A DNA stretch of 64,000 bases, taken from the IMG/VR virus record IMGVR_UViG_3300001598_000039, positions 1-64,000 of that record. One strand, 5' to 3'. Positions 23,068 through 33,147 of this stretch are shown piece after piece (the first letter of the stretch is position 1; each line of letters opens with the position of its first letter). A program made the translations under genes and the position numbers. Under the pieces are notes generated by a model. That model searched no databases, was not told where the DNA came from, and worked only from the letters and a program-made list of their open reading frames with translations. The DNA comes from a virus. Its lineage: Duplodnaviria > Heunggongvirae > Uroviricota > Caudoviricetes.

Positions 23068-24577
23068 CACGTCCCTTGCTAGGCTTGAAACGCAGCTTCT
23101 GTCCCCACTTGCAGAAGTTCTCATTGCCATCTGCAGTGAGAATCCACAAAACCGGGTAAGGAGGAGGATTTTCCGGCGCGTCTCCAAAACTGTCCGTCAT
23201 GTAGATGAAACAATCACTCACGATGCCATGCTGCTTGACGTAGTCGAATGGCGGGCAGAATGACGTTCCGCCAAAGCCTTTCCACTTGAAGGACTTGACG
23301 TCATCAATGGGGAACGGGTTGGTGTCATCATACTCCTTGTAGTCCGACACTTCCGCATCACACTGGATGAGATGGAGCTCATAGCCACCAAATGTCTTGA
23401 GGAGAGACACAAGCTCACTCATGAACTTTGGGATGTCTCCAGTACAAGAACCAGACGTGTCGATCGCAACGGTGACATTGATGCGCTCTTGACGGCGGGA
23501 CTGCAAGTACAGGCCATTGTAGACATGCCTGCGGCTTGGAGGAAGCCAGCGCCGAGACCCGTTGTAGCATGAGGTCACAAACTGCGATAGGACTTCCTGC
23601 CAGCGGATCTCCGGCTTCTTGAGGTTGTCCACAATCTGGGAGATATGGCTAGGAAGATGCCCCTGGATGCGTTCACACTGCTGAGCGGCAGAGATCGCTG
23701 CCTCTCGCACCTTCTCAACCGTCGACTCGCTGATGCCAGGCTGGTAGTCAGGGTCGAAGCCGACGTCGCCGTATTTGTCCTTGATCGGCCATTCACCTTC
23801 ACCATTGCCATTGCCGCTGCTGCCAGACTTCTTCTGCTTCTTCTTGCCGCCGCTCTTGTTGTCGCCATCCTGGTCATCTTGATCGTCTTGGCCATTGCCA
23901 TCCTGCTGCTTCTTGCGAGGGTCCTTCGACTCTTCGGAGACATGCTCCTTGTGCAGATGCTTGTCGAACTGGCCAGAAAGCTGCTTGTGGCTCTTCTTGC
24001 TCTGAGACTCGCTGCTTCCATCGCCGTCATCAGAGTCGTCCGACCCATCTGATCCGCCAGAACTTCCTTCATTTGACTTGCCTGACAAGCCGGCAGCCTT
24101 CATCATCTGCTTGCGGCCGCCCTTCTTCTGCTGCTGGAGAAGCCACTCATAGCACTCTTCTGCCGACTTTCCACGAAGCTCTGGAGGCTGCACGACGCCA
24201 TCTTCAGGCATCTTGAGCTTGTCTTGTGACAGGAGGTTGTTGACCTCCATGTCAGTTGCGATGTTGAAGATCTCCTGCTCACGGTTCTGCAAACGGGCAA
24301 AATGCATCAGGATGCAGTGCCAAGTCTCATGGGCAAGGACGAACTCCTGCTCGTCTGGCGTAAGGCCAGACCAGAAGGCGATGTCACAGTAGATGTTGGT
24401 GCCATCGGTGCAAGCCGTCCTGACTCGCATGTCTCGGACAGGAACAAGGTCCATCCGCATCAAGACGCCGCCGGTGAACGGGTACTTGAGAAGCAGCTTC
24501 TGCCGGTTGACTGCCAGCAGAGACCGCATCTTCGACTTCAGCTCTTTCAGCTCTTCAGCGCTAAGTTGTTTTGCCAT
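23054..24577 (-). CDS. Zn-metallopeptidase (HExxH: LAHETWHCILMH) fused to a vWA/MIDAS domain (DTSGS); DUF2201-like partner of MoxR
   Basis: Motifs read directly; start moved to MAKQLSAEEL with AAAGGACAA RBS; own TAGTACAAT promoter. Confidence 0.75.
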   Translation of the reverse strand: MAKQLSAEELKELKSKMRSLLAVNRQKLLLKYPFTGGVLMRMDLVPVRDMRVRTACTDGTNIYCDIAFWSGLTPDEQEFVLAHETWHCILMHFARLQNREQEIFNIATDMEVNNLLSQDKLKMPEDGVVQPPELRGKSAEECYEWLLQQQKKGGRKQMMKAAGLSGKSNEGSSGGSDGSDDSDDGDGSSESQSKKSHKQLSGQFDKHLHKEHVSEESKDPRKKQQDGNGQDDQDDQDGDNKSGGKKKQKKSGSSGNGNGEGEWPIKDKYGDVGFDPDYQPGISESTVEKVREAAISAAQQCERIQGHLPSHISQIVDNLKKPEIRWQEVLSQFVTSCYNGSRRWLPPSRRHVYNGLYLQSRRQERINVTVAIDTSGSCTGDIPKFMSELVSLLKTFGGYELHLIQCDAEVSDYKEYDDTNPFPIDDVKSFKWKGFGGTSFCPPFDYVKQHGIVSDCFIYMTDSFGDAPENPPPYPVLWILTADGNENFCKWGQKLRFKPSKGRDDEY

Positions 24578-24696
24578 AAAGCGGGTTGTCCTTTGATTGG
24601 TGTACGGTGCTATTGTACTACATGCAAGGCTAAATGTTAACCCGGCATGGCGCACTCGCGCCAGAGGCCGGGAGAACAACTACAAATCAGAGCCGC

Positions 24697-25845
24697 TTAG
24701 AAGCGGTAGCGCTGGCGGAGCGCCTTGCCATGGGCATCGGACCACTGCTGGTACATCTTGTGCTGGAAGAGGTACTCGCAGGCCTGGTCGCCAGGGAAGC
24801 TCTTCGTGCCCTGCATAGCAGCCATCATCGCCATCGACGCGAAGTCGGAGGAGAGCGCCATGCAGATGCGGTAGAAGCCATCAACGCGACGTGCCTGGTC
24901 ATCGTCATTCTCGCCGCGCCAGACGAGGTACGTCATGGCAGAGCAGAGGGCGTAGATTCGGTCAGGCTGTGTCGGGATGACGATCTTCGCCTTGGGGTCA
25001 GTCATCATCTGGAGCACCGAGCCGAAGTTCTTGTTGATCTTGTGGAACTCGACGAACTCAACCCCAGCACGGTTGCCGACAAGGCCATACACCAGCGAGC
25101 GGATGAGGCTTTCGTCAGAGCCATGGAAGATGTTCAGCATACGGCTGACGCGCTCCCAAGCGCGAGGCGTCGGCCAACCACGCTCCAAGTTCTCGCCTTC
25201 CTGGTGGAACAGGTAGTTCGGACGGAATGCGATGAAGCCGGTGACAGACGGGTGGATGTCGTTCTTCTGCGCCCAACGAGACCACTGCTCCCAGTTGGAC
25301 TCAAGCTCGACGTGCATGAAGCGGTTTGCAAGAGCCGCAGACATCGTGGTGGCGACCGCACGGTCTTCGACACGGTTGCCGGCGCCGACGATGTACCAGC
25401 CATCAGGGATCTTGTAGTTCTCACCAAGACGGCGGTCGAGGATGAGCTCATACGCAGCGACCTGCAGCGAACGGTCAGCGGCGGTGATCTCATCGAACAG
25501 GATGATGCCACGAGACTTAGGGTCACGAGGAAGGTCGCCAGTGATGAACCACTCGACGGACTTGTCCTCTTTGTTAGGGACAGGCAGTCCCTTGAGGTCA
25601 ACCGGCTCGCGCTGTGCCAAGCGGATGTCAATGAAGCCGATGCCAAGCTGCTGGGCGACCGACTTGATGACTGTCGACTTGCCGCAGCCGGGAGCTCCCC
25701 AGACCATCAGCGGCGGAATGGTAGCCGCATCTTCTGGATGCTCGGCCAAGGCGTTGCAGTTCATCTTCAGGATGAGGCCGAGCTGCTCAGCCCAGATGCA
25801 GTTGTGGTTGTCGATCGCGGTTGCGCTCTTCTCTGTCTTGCTCAT
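24697..25845 (-). CDS. MoxR-family AAA+ ATPase
   Basis: Walker A GAPGCGKST, Walker B ILFDEI, sensor region; MoxR/AAA_5-like. Confidence 0.8.
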   Translation of the reverse strand: MSKTEKSATAIDNHNCIWAEQLGLILKMNCNALAEHPEDAATIPPLMVWGAPGCGKSTVIKSVAQQLGIGFIDIRLAQREPVDLKGLPVPNKEDKSVEWFITGDLPRDPKSRGIILFDEITAADRSLQVAAYELILDRRLGENYKIPDGWYIVGAGNRVEDRAVATTMSAALANRFMHVELESNWEQWSRWAQKNDIHPSVTGFIAFRPNYLFHQEGENLERGWPTPRAWERVSRMLNIFHGSDESLIRSLVYGLVGNRAGVEFVEFHKINKNFGSVLQMMTDPKAKIVIPTQPDRIYALCSAMTYLVWRGENDDDQARRVDGFYRICMALSSDFASMAMMAAMQGTKSFPGDQACEYLFQHKMYQQWSDAHGKALRQRYRF

Positions 25846-25886
25846 AGTGTTCCTTGTTTGTAGTTGTTCTGTAGCTTGATGGAGAC

Positions 25887-25915
25887 ATTATACAACGTGC
25901 CGCGGTTCTTGTAAA
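25887..25915 (-). promoter_or_regulatory. Sigma70-like promoter TTTACA-N17-TATAAT for the MoxR gene, preceded by a terminator hairpin at 25919-25945
   Basis: Seen directly. Confidence 0.65.
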
Positions 25916-25972
25916 CTTAAAAGGCGCCGTCCTTCCGGAGGCGCCTCAATTGAGCTCAGCTCTAGCTTGTCC

Positions 25973-26236
25973 TTAGCGCGGTGGCAGCCAGATCTGGCAG
26001 CAGTTGACCTCATAGCCAAACTTCCTGGTCAAGAAGTTGTACACAAACGTCTCGACGACGTCATAGTAGTCAGCTTTGCCTTCCTGCGACCAGATTGCCT
26101 CCGGCAGGTCCAGCGTGAACTGTCGTGGAAGCTGGTCCGCGTACTCATGACGCCCACGGTAGGACCGGACCGGCGTCCCGTCGAAGGCGATGTTGGTGAT
26201 CAAGGCCTGATAGCCCTGTTCAGTGTCTGTCATCAT
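25973..26236 (-). CDS. Hypothetical protein (87 aa)
   Basis: AGGAGAGAGCA RBS; TGTACAATAT -10. Confidence 0.6.
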   Translation of the reverse strand: MMTDTEQGYQALITNIAFDGTPVRSYRGRHEYADQLPRQFTLDLPEAIWSQEGKADYYDVVETFVYNFLTRKFGYEVNCCQIWLPPR

Positions 26237-26304
26237 TGCTCTCTCCTGATGGAAAGTTGGCGATATGCCACGGACGCCCGCGGCTAGTTGATATTGTACA
26301 TGCC

Positions 26305-26898
26305 TCAGCCGATGTTCTTGACCCGGAACTTCTTGAAGAAGTCATTAGTCCGCAGGAACTTGAGCAAGTACTCGATCAGCTCTTGCTCAGAGACGATCTT
26401 GTAGTTCCATAAGTCAACGCCGACGTTCAGGTTCAAGACACGGTGCTCTTCGTCAATGGTTATGACCTTGCCAGAATGCCTGTGCCCATGGACATGGATG
26501 TCACCAACTTTGAATGTTCCAGCTGCCCTAGAGTCATAGGATGGGTAGTGTGACACCGAGACGTCAGGGAACAGCTTCCCAAGGCTTGTCCGCATGCTCT
26601 TGCACAGGCATGGCGTCTTGTTGTTCAGGTCGTGGTTGCCTTGCAGGTTGACGAATGTTGGCTTGATCTGCTTGATGTACTCTGCTGGGTTGACCTTCAT
26701 GCCTTCGACGCCGCGGTCATCGCCATACTGGCAGAAGTCGCCGACATGGATGATGATGTCTTCTTCCTTGGCGCGCTCATTGCAGCTCCTGACCAAGGCG
26801 GCGTTCATCTTCTCCACCGTCTTGAATGGGCGGTGGCTGTACTCGAGGATCTTGGACATACCAAGATGGAAGTCAGCTGTGAAGAAACGTCGTGCCAT
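26305..26898 (-). CDS. Calcineurin-like metallophosphoesterase
   Basis: GDFCQYGD, GNHD and HGH motifs; leaderless TGATACAAT ATGACCT ATG. Confidence 0.75.
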   Translation of the reverse strand: MARRFFTADFHLGMSKILEYSHRPFKTVEKMNAALVRSCNERAKEEDIIIHVGDFCQYGDDRGVEGMKVNPAEYIKQIKPTFVNLQGNHDLNNKTPCLCKSMRTSLGKLFPDVSVSHYPSYDSRAAGTFKVGDIHVHGHRHSGKVITIDEEHRVLNLNVGVDLWNYKIVSEQELIEYLLKFLRTNDFFKKFRVKNIG

Positions 26899-26911
26899 AG
26901 GTCATATTGTA

Positions 26912-28078
26912 TCACGCCTTGGAGCTGCTGTAAAACTCATCTGCCAGCTTCTTGTCTTTCGTTGAATCCACCAAGTTCTCCGGCTTGAGCGTCTTGTTGA
27001 GCTGCTCCAAAAGGCCTTTCTGCTCGGCGGTCAAGTTGGTCAACGGCTCAATTATGACTCTAGCCACTAGGTCGCCAACGCCTGAGGCACTCTTGATGCC
27101 GCCATAAGGTACTACAAGTGGATGCCCAGCGGTTGTGCCTGGGCTCATCTTGGCCTTCTTGTAGCCATACGCCGTAGGCACATCTACATCGCCGCCAAGC
27201 GATGCTAGCAGAGGCGATACATGCAAGACAGTCTGCAAGTCGTTGCCCGTTGTGCGCTTGAAGAGGCCAGACTCGTCTTCTCCTACGATGCAGACGATGT
27301 ACATGTTCCCATCGGCTCCTCCGCAAACTCCACACTCTCCTTTGCCGGCAAGCCTGAGGCGCGTTCCATCGGCTACTCCCTGTGGGATCTTGACTTCGAC
27401 ATCTTTACGGACTTTGAGGCGACGCTCTCCATTGCACTTCTTGCAGACATGCGCGCTGATTCCTGTTCCGCCGCAATGCCGGCATGTTGTGACTTGCTGC
27501 ATGAAGCCAAACGGCGTGCGCTGCTGAGAGACCTCTTGGCCAGACCCTCCACAATGAGGGCACTCTTCAAGCTTAGTCCCTTTCTCAATGCCAGTCCCGC
27601 CACAGCAGTCGCACGGCACAGTCGCACTGACTTCAAACTTCTTGGTGCAGCCATAGAGCATCTCTTTGAAGTTGATCTTCATGTGGAGCTGCATGTTCCG
27701 CCCATCTACTGGAGCATTGACATCTGGCATCTCCCGCTTAGGCTGCTCTCGATGCATTCCAAACGGGTCAAAGCCAAACCCTCTGAACTGCGATGCCTGG
27801 CGCCGCATGAAGTCGCGCAGGTCATCGTCATCCATTCCAAAGCCGTTTCCATGAGGCCCATCAAAGCCGAACTCATCGTACTGCTTCCGCTTCTCCGGGT
27901 CAGACAGCACTTCGTATGCCTCGCTGATGGCAGCAAACTTGTCTTTCGCAGCCGGGTCATCAGGATTGCGGTCAGGATGGTGCTTCATCGCGAGCTTGCG
28001 GTAGGCCTTTTTCAGGTCATCCGCACTCACGTCTTTGCTTACGCCAAGAGTCTTGTAGTAGTCTTCTTTCTGTGCCAT
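26912..28078 (-). CDS. dnaJ: DnaJ/Hsp40 co-chaperone (J domain with HPD, four CxxCxGxG zinc fingers, C-terminal domain)
   Basis: [13 protein letters not shown]...HPDRN; [32 protein letters not shown]. Confidence 0.85.
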   Translation of the reverse strand: MAQKEDYYKTLGVSKDVSADDLKKAYRKLAMKHHPDRNPDDPAAKDKFAAISEAYEVLSDPEKRKQYDEFGFDGPHGNGFGMDDDDLRDFMRRQASQFRGFGFDPFGMHREQPKREMPDVNAPVDGRNMQLHMKINFKEMLYGCTKKFEVSATVPCDCCGGTGIEKGTKLEECPHCGGSGQEVSQQRTPFGFMQQVTTCRHCGGTGISAHVCKKCNGERRLKVRKDVEVKIPQGVADGTRLRLAGKGECGVCGGADGNMYIVCIVGEDESGLFKRTTGNDLQTVLHVSPLLASLGGDVDVPTAYGYKKAKMSPGTTAGHPLVVPYGGIKSASGVGDLVARVIIEPLTNLTAEQKGLLEQLNKTLKPENLVDSTKDKKLADEFYSSSKA

Positions 28079-28191
28079 GGCTTGCTTGCCCATTCAGTCT
28101 CAGTATGCCTATTCTACACCACCTGCCACCAAATGTTAAAGGCCGCCACCCGTAGGCAGTGGCCATCACCAACCACAAATTGGTCATTTCC

Positions 28192-29430
28192 TCACTTGGC
28201 AGCCGGCTTAGCGACTCCGTTGAGCTTCTCCAGCGTCATCGTGTTGATGAGCATGTTCAGCGGATTGGATGCAGCCTGACCATCGGCTCCACCAAGAGTC
28301 ATCATCGTCGGGAGCTTGAGGCCAGCAATGCCCTTGCCGAGGTTCTCCCACTTGGCCTTGGCAATTCCAAGCTCGAGGTCAAGCTGGGCACGCTGCAACT
28401 CAGTAATGGCGCCGCTCTTCTCAATGGCGATCTTCTTAGCCTCAGCCGTAGCGATCTGCTGTTCCGCTTTCAGCTTGATTGCCTCAAGGTTAGCCGCTTC
28501 AGTCTGCTTCTGGATCTCCGCGACCTCACGGAGCTTCTCCGCTTCGATCTTGGCGACTTCCTTCTGCTTCTGGACTTCAATCGAGGCGACTTCCTTCTCC
28601 TTAGCGGCCTTGATCAGCATCTCCTGCTTCTCAAGCTCCTGGACAGTCACTTTCTTCTGGGCAGCGATCTCCGCGAGCTTCTTCTCCTTTTCAGCAGCCT
28701 GGACAGCATTTGCCATTTCCGCCTCGGCCTTTCCTCGCTGCTCAGCGATCTGCATCTGGTAGTTCGCTTCGACTTTCACCTTCTCAGCTTCGAGCTTCTG
28801 CTGCTCAGCAAGAGCAAGGCGCTTGGCAAGGTCAGCTTCTTTCTGCTTGGCGAACTGCACCTGGGTCTCATTGTCGTACCGCGGCAGTCCAGCACAAGTG
28901 AAGCTCACAACATCGATGCCTTCAGCAAGCAGGTTAGGCTCATGGACGATCGCATCATGGATCTTCTTGGCGAACTCTGGGAACTTCTCCACAGACTCCG
29001 ACGGCGTGTACTGGGAAGCAATGCACTGGGCGACAGTCTGGAGTGATGTCCTCACCTTTGCCCAGATCTTCTCATCATCGCCTTCGACCTGCTGGTGGAG
29101 CCTGATGATCTGCTCGTCATTGGTCGAGTCGATCCGGTAGCCGATCTGGCAGTTGAGCCGCGCAGTCGTCTTGTTGCTGAACTGCATCTCGATGGCGTCG
29201 CGCTCTCCCTCATTGCAGATCTCCACACTGGCTTTCGGGTACTCCCAAATGCGCGGCCAGGGCCTAGCATACCAGCCACCATCGCGACGGACCTCAATGC
29301 CGCCATCGACATTCTGGATGATCTGAAGGTTCTGGACGTCGTTGACATGAAGCATCTTGAAGAACCCAATAAGCGCGAGGATCCCACAAAGGATCACCGT
29401 GATGAACACTCCTGCGAATCTGTTAGTCAT
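28192..29430 (-). CDS. SPFH/band-7 (stomatin/prohibitin-like) membrane protein with a long coiled-coil
   Basis: N-terminal TM helix, SPFH core, KAEAE repeat-rich coiled coil. Confidence 0.7.
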   Translation of the reverse strand: MTNRFAGVFITVILCGILALIGFFKMLHVNDVQNLQIIQNVDGGIEVRRDGGWYARPWPRIWEYPKASVEICNEGERDAIEMQFSNKTTARLNCQIGYRIDSTNDEQIIRLHQQVEGDDEKIWAKVRTSLQTVAQCIASQYTPSESVEKFPEFAKKIHDAIVHEPNLLAEGIDVVSFTCAGLPRYDNETQVQFAKQKEADLAKRLALAEQQKLEAEKVKVEANYQMQIAEQRGKAEAEMANAVQAAEKEKKLAEIAAQKKVTVQELEKQEMLIKAAKEKEVASIEVQKQKEVAKIEAEKLREVAEIQKQTEAANLEAIKLKAEQQIATAEAKKIAIEKSGAITELQRAQLDLELGIAKAKWENLGKGIAGLKLPTMMTLGGADGQAASNPLNMLINTMTLEKLNGVAKPAAK

Positions 29431-29472
29431 AGTCTCTGTTGTCTTTCTGTTTGGTGTGGTTGGTTAGTTTGG

Positions 29473-29622
29473 TCAGTTGCTGCCCTTTTCTGCCTTGCTG
29501 GTGTCCTTGCCGTGGATGCGGAAGAACTCCTTTATGCCAAGGTAGATCACCTGGGCAGCGAAATAGATGAATCCGGCGCTGAATACGGCCAACGCCAAGC
29601 CGATGATGATGCGTGCTAGCAT
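29473..29622 (-). CDS. 49-aa membrane peptide
   Basis: Internal ATG with AAGGA RBS. Confidence 0.4.
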   Translation of the reverse strand: MLARIIIGLALAVFSAGFIYFAAQVIYLGIKEFFRIHGKDTSKAEKGSN

Positions 29623-29623
29623 G

Positions 29624-29794
29624 TCAGTCCTTGTGGTTTGTGGTGTAGATAGGCTTCGGAGTTGGAGTGACATCTTGGTAGCCCATCCTGTTGAAGAGCT
29701 TGTTGAGCTCCTTCAAGTCCTTCGCATAGATGAAGTCGCCATTTGGCATCTCGCAGCAGCAATGGGTCTTCTCCTCTGTCACTATAACTCTCAT
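29624..29794 (-). CDS. 56-aa peptide with a CCC motif, leaderless
   Basis: TATACAAT ... ATG; not in track. Confidence 0.3.
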   Translation of the reverse strand: MRVIVTEEKTHCCCEMPNGDFIYAKDLKELNKLFNRMGYQDVTPTPKPIYTTNHKD

Positions 29795-29826
29795 TGGTTC
29801 CATTGTATACCTCTTTAGAGCAGATG

Positions 29827-30270
29827 TTAAGCCAGAACTGAGGCCAGGTACTTCGATGCGGCGCTCATGTCCATGGACCCTCGGAATGGCGCCAAGGTCT
29901 TCATGGCTTGGCCCATGTTCTTCTTCACCTTCTCGATGCCGGCATCCTGGAGGGCCTTCTGGATTGCGGCCTCCATCTCTTCCTGCGTCATCTGCTTCGG
30001 AAGGTATGTCTTGAGGACTTCAAGCTCAGCCTTCTCCTTTGAGCTCAAGTCGGTCCGCCCAGCAGCATCAAACTGGCTGATGCTGTCTTGATGGCTCTTC
30101 ACAGCCTTCTGCACCGCCTTGATGCAGGCTTCAGACGTCACCGGCTTGCCAGCATTGATGGTTTGGTTCTTGATGTCGGACATCAGAGCGCGCAAGCAGT
30201 CCCGCTTGACCACGTCTTTGGCAAGCATGGCCGTCTTGATGTCGGATTGGATCTGGTCGTATAGTTCCAT
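29827..30270 (-). CDS. GatB/YqeY-domain protein
   Basis: Overall similarity to the YqeY family; TTAACT-N17-TATAAT promoter and AGGAGAGAACA RBS. Confidence 0.65.
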   Translation of the reverse strand: MELYDQIQSDIKTAMLAKDVVKRDCLRALMSDIKNQTINAGKPVTSEACIKAVQKAVKSHQDSISQFDAAGRTDLSSKEKAELEVLKTYLPKQMTQEEMEAAIQKALQDAGIEKVKKNMGQAMKTLAPFRGSMDMSAASKYLASVLA

Positions 30271-30486
30271 TGTTCTCTCCTATGAGGACATTATAATATG
30301 GAAGCAAGTAGAAGTTAAGCCGCCTAGCTGACAGGCGGCTCCTCGATGCCATCATTCTTTAGCCTCTGTCTGGTTGCTCAGCAAAGAGGGTGGCGCGCTA
30401 GTCCTTCCTGCTGCCGCACGCCGTAGCAGCACATGTTTCGTCATGGATGGTTAGTTTGGTTTGCAGTTTGGCATCTCAAATCTAGG

Positions 30487-32013
30487 TCAGGCCGCGAGGA
30501 CCTCAGAGACCTTTGCGTAGCGCGGCGTGTCAAGCATCTCCTTGAGCACCTGCCAGGGGTCAGTGCTGTTCGACATGACCATCTTGAGGACGTTCTGCGA
30601 GTAGCCGCTGACAAGGGCGACTCCAGCTTCGTTCTGCGTCAGAGGGATCGTGCCGGTCCGCGAAGCGACATTCCAATAGATCAGGCGAGGAAAAGCATAG
30701 CCAGCGGCCTTGAACTTACGGCCAATCTCCTTGAAGAGCGCGGTCTCATTTGCGCTGTAGCGGCCAGCTCCATAGCTGTAGGTGCCCTGATTGAACTCCA
30801 TATCGGAGACGATGAGCACATCAGGGATGTCTTCTTGCTTGAGCTGGTTGTCAACAGCAGTCTTCAAGATGAGGTCAAACACCGCGGCGATGTTGGTACT
30901 GCCGCCCCAATCCATGCGCTCGACCGTGTTGAGCTTCTGTGCAAGCGTCTTGCAGTTCTTGAGGCTGACAAGAGCAGGGCTGTCACTGAAAGTCATGACC
31001 TTGTCCGCGAACGGGCCAGTCAGGTGCTCAGACGTATAGATGCCAAGCGCGATCGAGACATCAATTGCACGCATCCTCGACTTGTTGTCGACCTGTGTCC
31101 ACATCGATCCAGACACATCAGCAACCGTAAGGAGGTTGCGCTCGAGGTTGACAGCTGGAAGCGCCTTCCAGAGAGCTTCGAGCGTCGCATCAGGGCGAGA
31201 CATTCCAGGAGTGCTGTACTTGTAGACGATGTCCGTAGGGAAGTTCGCTGCAGAGTTGATCTTGGCTTCGCCGGACTCGACCTTGTCAAGGAACTTCTGG
31301 CGACCCGCAGGGTCATGCTTCAGGAACGCATCCTTGTAGCGGATGTTGGCCTTTGAAGGGACGCTCTGGTAGTTGATGTCAGTCCACTTGTTGGCAGACA
31401 TCTTCTTCTCCACGACGTCGATCTTCGCGCGGAGCGAAGAGAGCGCCTTGCGGTAGTTCTTAGGCTGCATGCCGAACGCCTTGCAGAGCCTGTTTGCAAG
31501 CGCCCTAGTGGTATCGGACGAGGTGTTGATCGAAGGCATCCACTTGGCCAGCAGCGAGATGCTAGGCTTGCCATCAGCGAGGTCAGCAATGTCCTGGTGG
31601 AACTGCTTGCTGATGAACTGGATGACGTCATCTTCAAGCGAAGTGTCCATAAGGCAGAAGAGGTCATCATAGCGGCCGTACTCTGCAAGAAGAGGAATGA
31701 GCTTCAGCGCGTCTTCCTTGTCATACTGTGCCAGCCACTTGAACATGATGCGGAACGACCGGCGCTCACCAAGACCACCACGGACGTCACGGAGCATGAA
31801 CATCCAGCGGATAGCGTACTCTTTGTTCTCCGCGAACGCTTCTGCGAACTTGTGCTCGATCTCCTTCTCACCGAGCTTGCGCAGTGACGAGACTGCGAAG
31901 TTGAGGTCAAGCAGCTTCTTGCCTGAAGTTGCGTAGCCTACTGCGCCATTCTCCGTGATAGAGACTTCTGCTGCGAGCGTATTGTCCAGTGCCTTAGCGA
32001 ATGTGTCGTTCAT
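30487..32013 (-). CDS. vWA-domain protein of the TROVE/Ro60-like DUF2828 type
   Basis: MIDAS DVSGSM; N-terminal helical repeats; start moved to MNDTFAKAL with AAGGAA RBS and a 70-nt leader from GGTGTACAATAC. Confidence 0.55.
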   Translation of the reverse strand: MNDTFAKALDNTLAAEVSITENGAVGYATSGKKLLDLNFAVSSLRKLGEKEIEHKFAEAFAENKEYAIRWMFMLRDVRGGLGERRSFRIMFKWLAQYDKEDALKLIPLLAEYGRYDDLFCLMDTSLEDDVIQFISKQFHQDIADLADGKPSISLLAKWMPSINTSSDTTRALANRLCKAFGMQPKNYRKALSSLRAKIDVVEKKMSANKWTDINYQSVPSKANIRYKDAFLKHDPAGRQKFLDKVESGEAKINSAANFPTDIVYKYSTPGMSRPDATLEALWKALPAVNLERNLLTVADVSGSMWTQVDNKSRMRAIDVSIALGIYTSEHLTGPFADKVMTFSDSPALVSLKNCKTLAQKLNTVERMDWGGSTNIAAVFDLILKTAVDNQLKQEDIPDVLIVSDMEFNQGTYSYGAGRYSANETALFKEIGRKFKAAGYAFPRLIYWNVASRTGTIPLTQNEAGVALVSGYSQNVLKMVMSNSTDPWQVLKEMLDTPRYAKVSEVLAA

Positions 32014-32119
32014 ATCTGTTTCCTTTGTGCACGACGCGCTTGTTTTCCAGTGGTAGTGGGATTGTGTTCGTTGCTGGGTGCGTCGTATGGTTGTATTGTA
32101 CACCAGAAGCCAATTGAAG

Positions 32120-32467
32120 TTAAGCCAGCTTTCCAGAATGGAGGAGCTTAAGGGCGGAGTTGACTTTCGATGCGATGCCGTCCGCATTCTTGGCGTTCAG
32201 GTATGTGTAGATGACGTGCTTCCGGATGTCAGCATCAAGAGGTATCATGGCGCCATCAACATAGTTGCGCATGTCTAGGATCTCAAAGTAGAAGTACTGG
32301 CCGCCGCGCTTCTTGTTCACATACTTGCCGTACTCGATGTAGGGTGACATCTTGTCCTTCCCTCTGAAGCTGATGATGCTGACGTCGTCGATGTCGTCGT
32401 TCCCAACATTGGTCGGCTTGTAGTTGAGCTTCTTCAAGAAGTCTAGCTTGTCAATTGGTTCTGCCAT
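32120..32467 (-). CDS. Hypothetical protein (115 aa), leaderless
   Basis: GCGTACAAT ACTATAGTT ATG. Confidence 0.6.
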   Translation of the reverse strand: MAEPIDKLDFLKKLNYKPTNVGNDDIDDVSIISFRGKDKMSPYIEYGKYVNKKRGGQYFYFEILDMRNYVDGAMIPLDADIRKHVIYTYLNAKNADGIASKVNSALKLLHSGKLA

Positions 32468-32494
32468 AACTATAGTATTGTACGCGCCTGGGCG

Positions 32495-32506
32495 TAGGGT
32501 AAATAG
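32495..32506 (+). promoter_or_regulatory. Class III late-like motif TAGGGTAAATAG (32-nt leader, AAAGGAAG RBS)
   Basis: Consensus match. Confidence 0.5.
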
Positions 32507-32538
32507 GCCTAGACATCAGCATACAAAGGAAGCATACA

Positions 32539-33144
32539 ATGGCAGTTTCATTCAAAGAGGAGTTCAAAGACGTCCTTGAGCCTGAGCGCAAGATCACTAG
32601 CTTCGGCATCAGCCCACTAAACAACCTTCAAGAGCTCCGCTTCTACGCCGGCGGCCACAAGTTCAGCCAACTCTGCGGCTTCAAGTTCAAGTCGAAGTTT
32701 GACTCGCCTGTCGCTAAAGAAGACCCATACTTCCAAGTCTCCTTCGTATGCAAGCTCCGCTCTAAGATCTGGCGCGAGCAGAACACCAACACCTCTCGCT
32801 GGTATGTATTTGTCCGCACAAGCCCAGTGCAAGTGCGTGTCCTCAGCAAGAAGACGCTGCTTGAAGAGTACGGTTTTGACTTGGACAAGTTCTTCGACTC
32901 AGACCTCTTCAAGAAGTTTGTCCCTCAGTTCCAGAGCGCTGTGAAGAATGGTGTGGAGAAGATCATCCCAGAGTTCATCGACCGAGAGCTTGTCGCTAAG
33001 GGTGGCGAAGAGAAGAACAAGGTAGAGATCGACTTGGCAAAGAACTACCAGCGCGCCATCAGCGATTCGATCCCTTACATCGCCAAGACGTACGTTGAGG
33101 ACAAGAACTACACATTGAACGACCTTGACTTCAAGTGGAAGTGA
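32539..33144 (+). CDS. Hypothetical protein (201 aa)
   Basis: Track ORF; same frame as the next three ORFs. Confidence 0.6.
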   Translation: MAVSFKEEFKDVLEPERKITSFGISPLNNLQELRFYAGGHKFSQLCGFKFKSKFDSPVAKEDPYFQVSFVCKLRSKIWREQNTNTSRWYVFVRTSPVQVRVLSKKTLLEEYGFDLDKFFDSDLFKKFVPQFQSAVKNGVEKIIPEFIDRELVAKGGEEKNKVEIDLAKNYQRAISDSIPYIAKTYVEDKNYTLNDLDFKWK

Positions 33145-33147
33145 CCG

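Noticed and set aside
24634-25863. 409-aa plus-strand ORF antisense to the MoxR gene; similar long antisense ORFs at 21072..22388, 27221..28279, 28159..29046, 30433..31356, 44311..44952, 48348..49124 and 50663..51223
   Set aside because: They overlap genes with clear conserved-domain content on the other strand and are low-complexity. They are artefacts of an open antisense frame.
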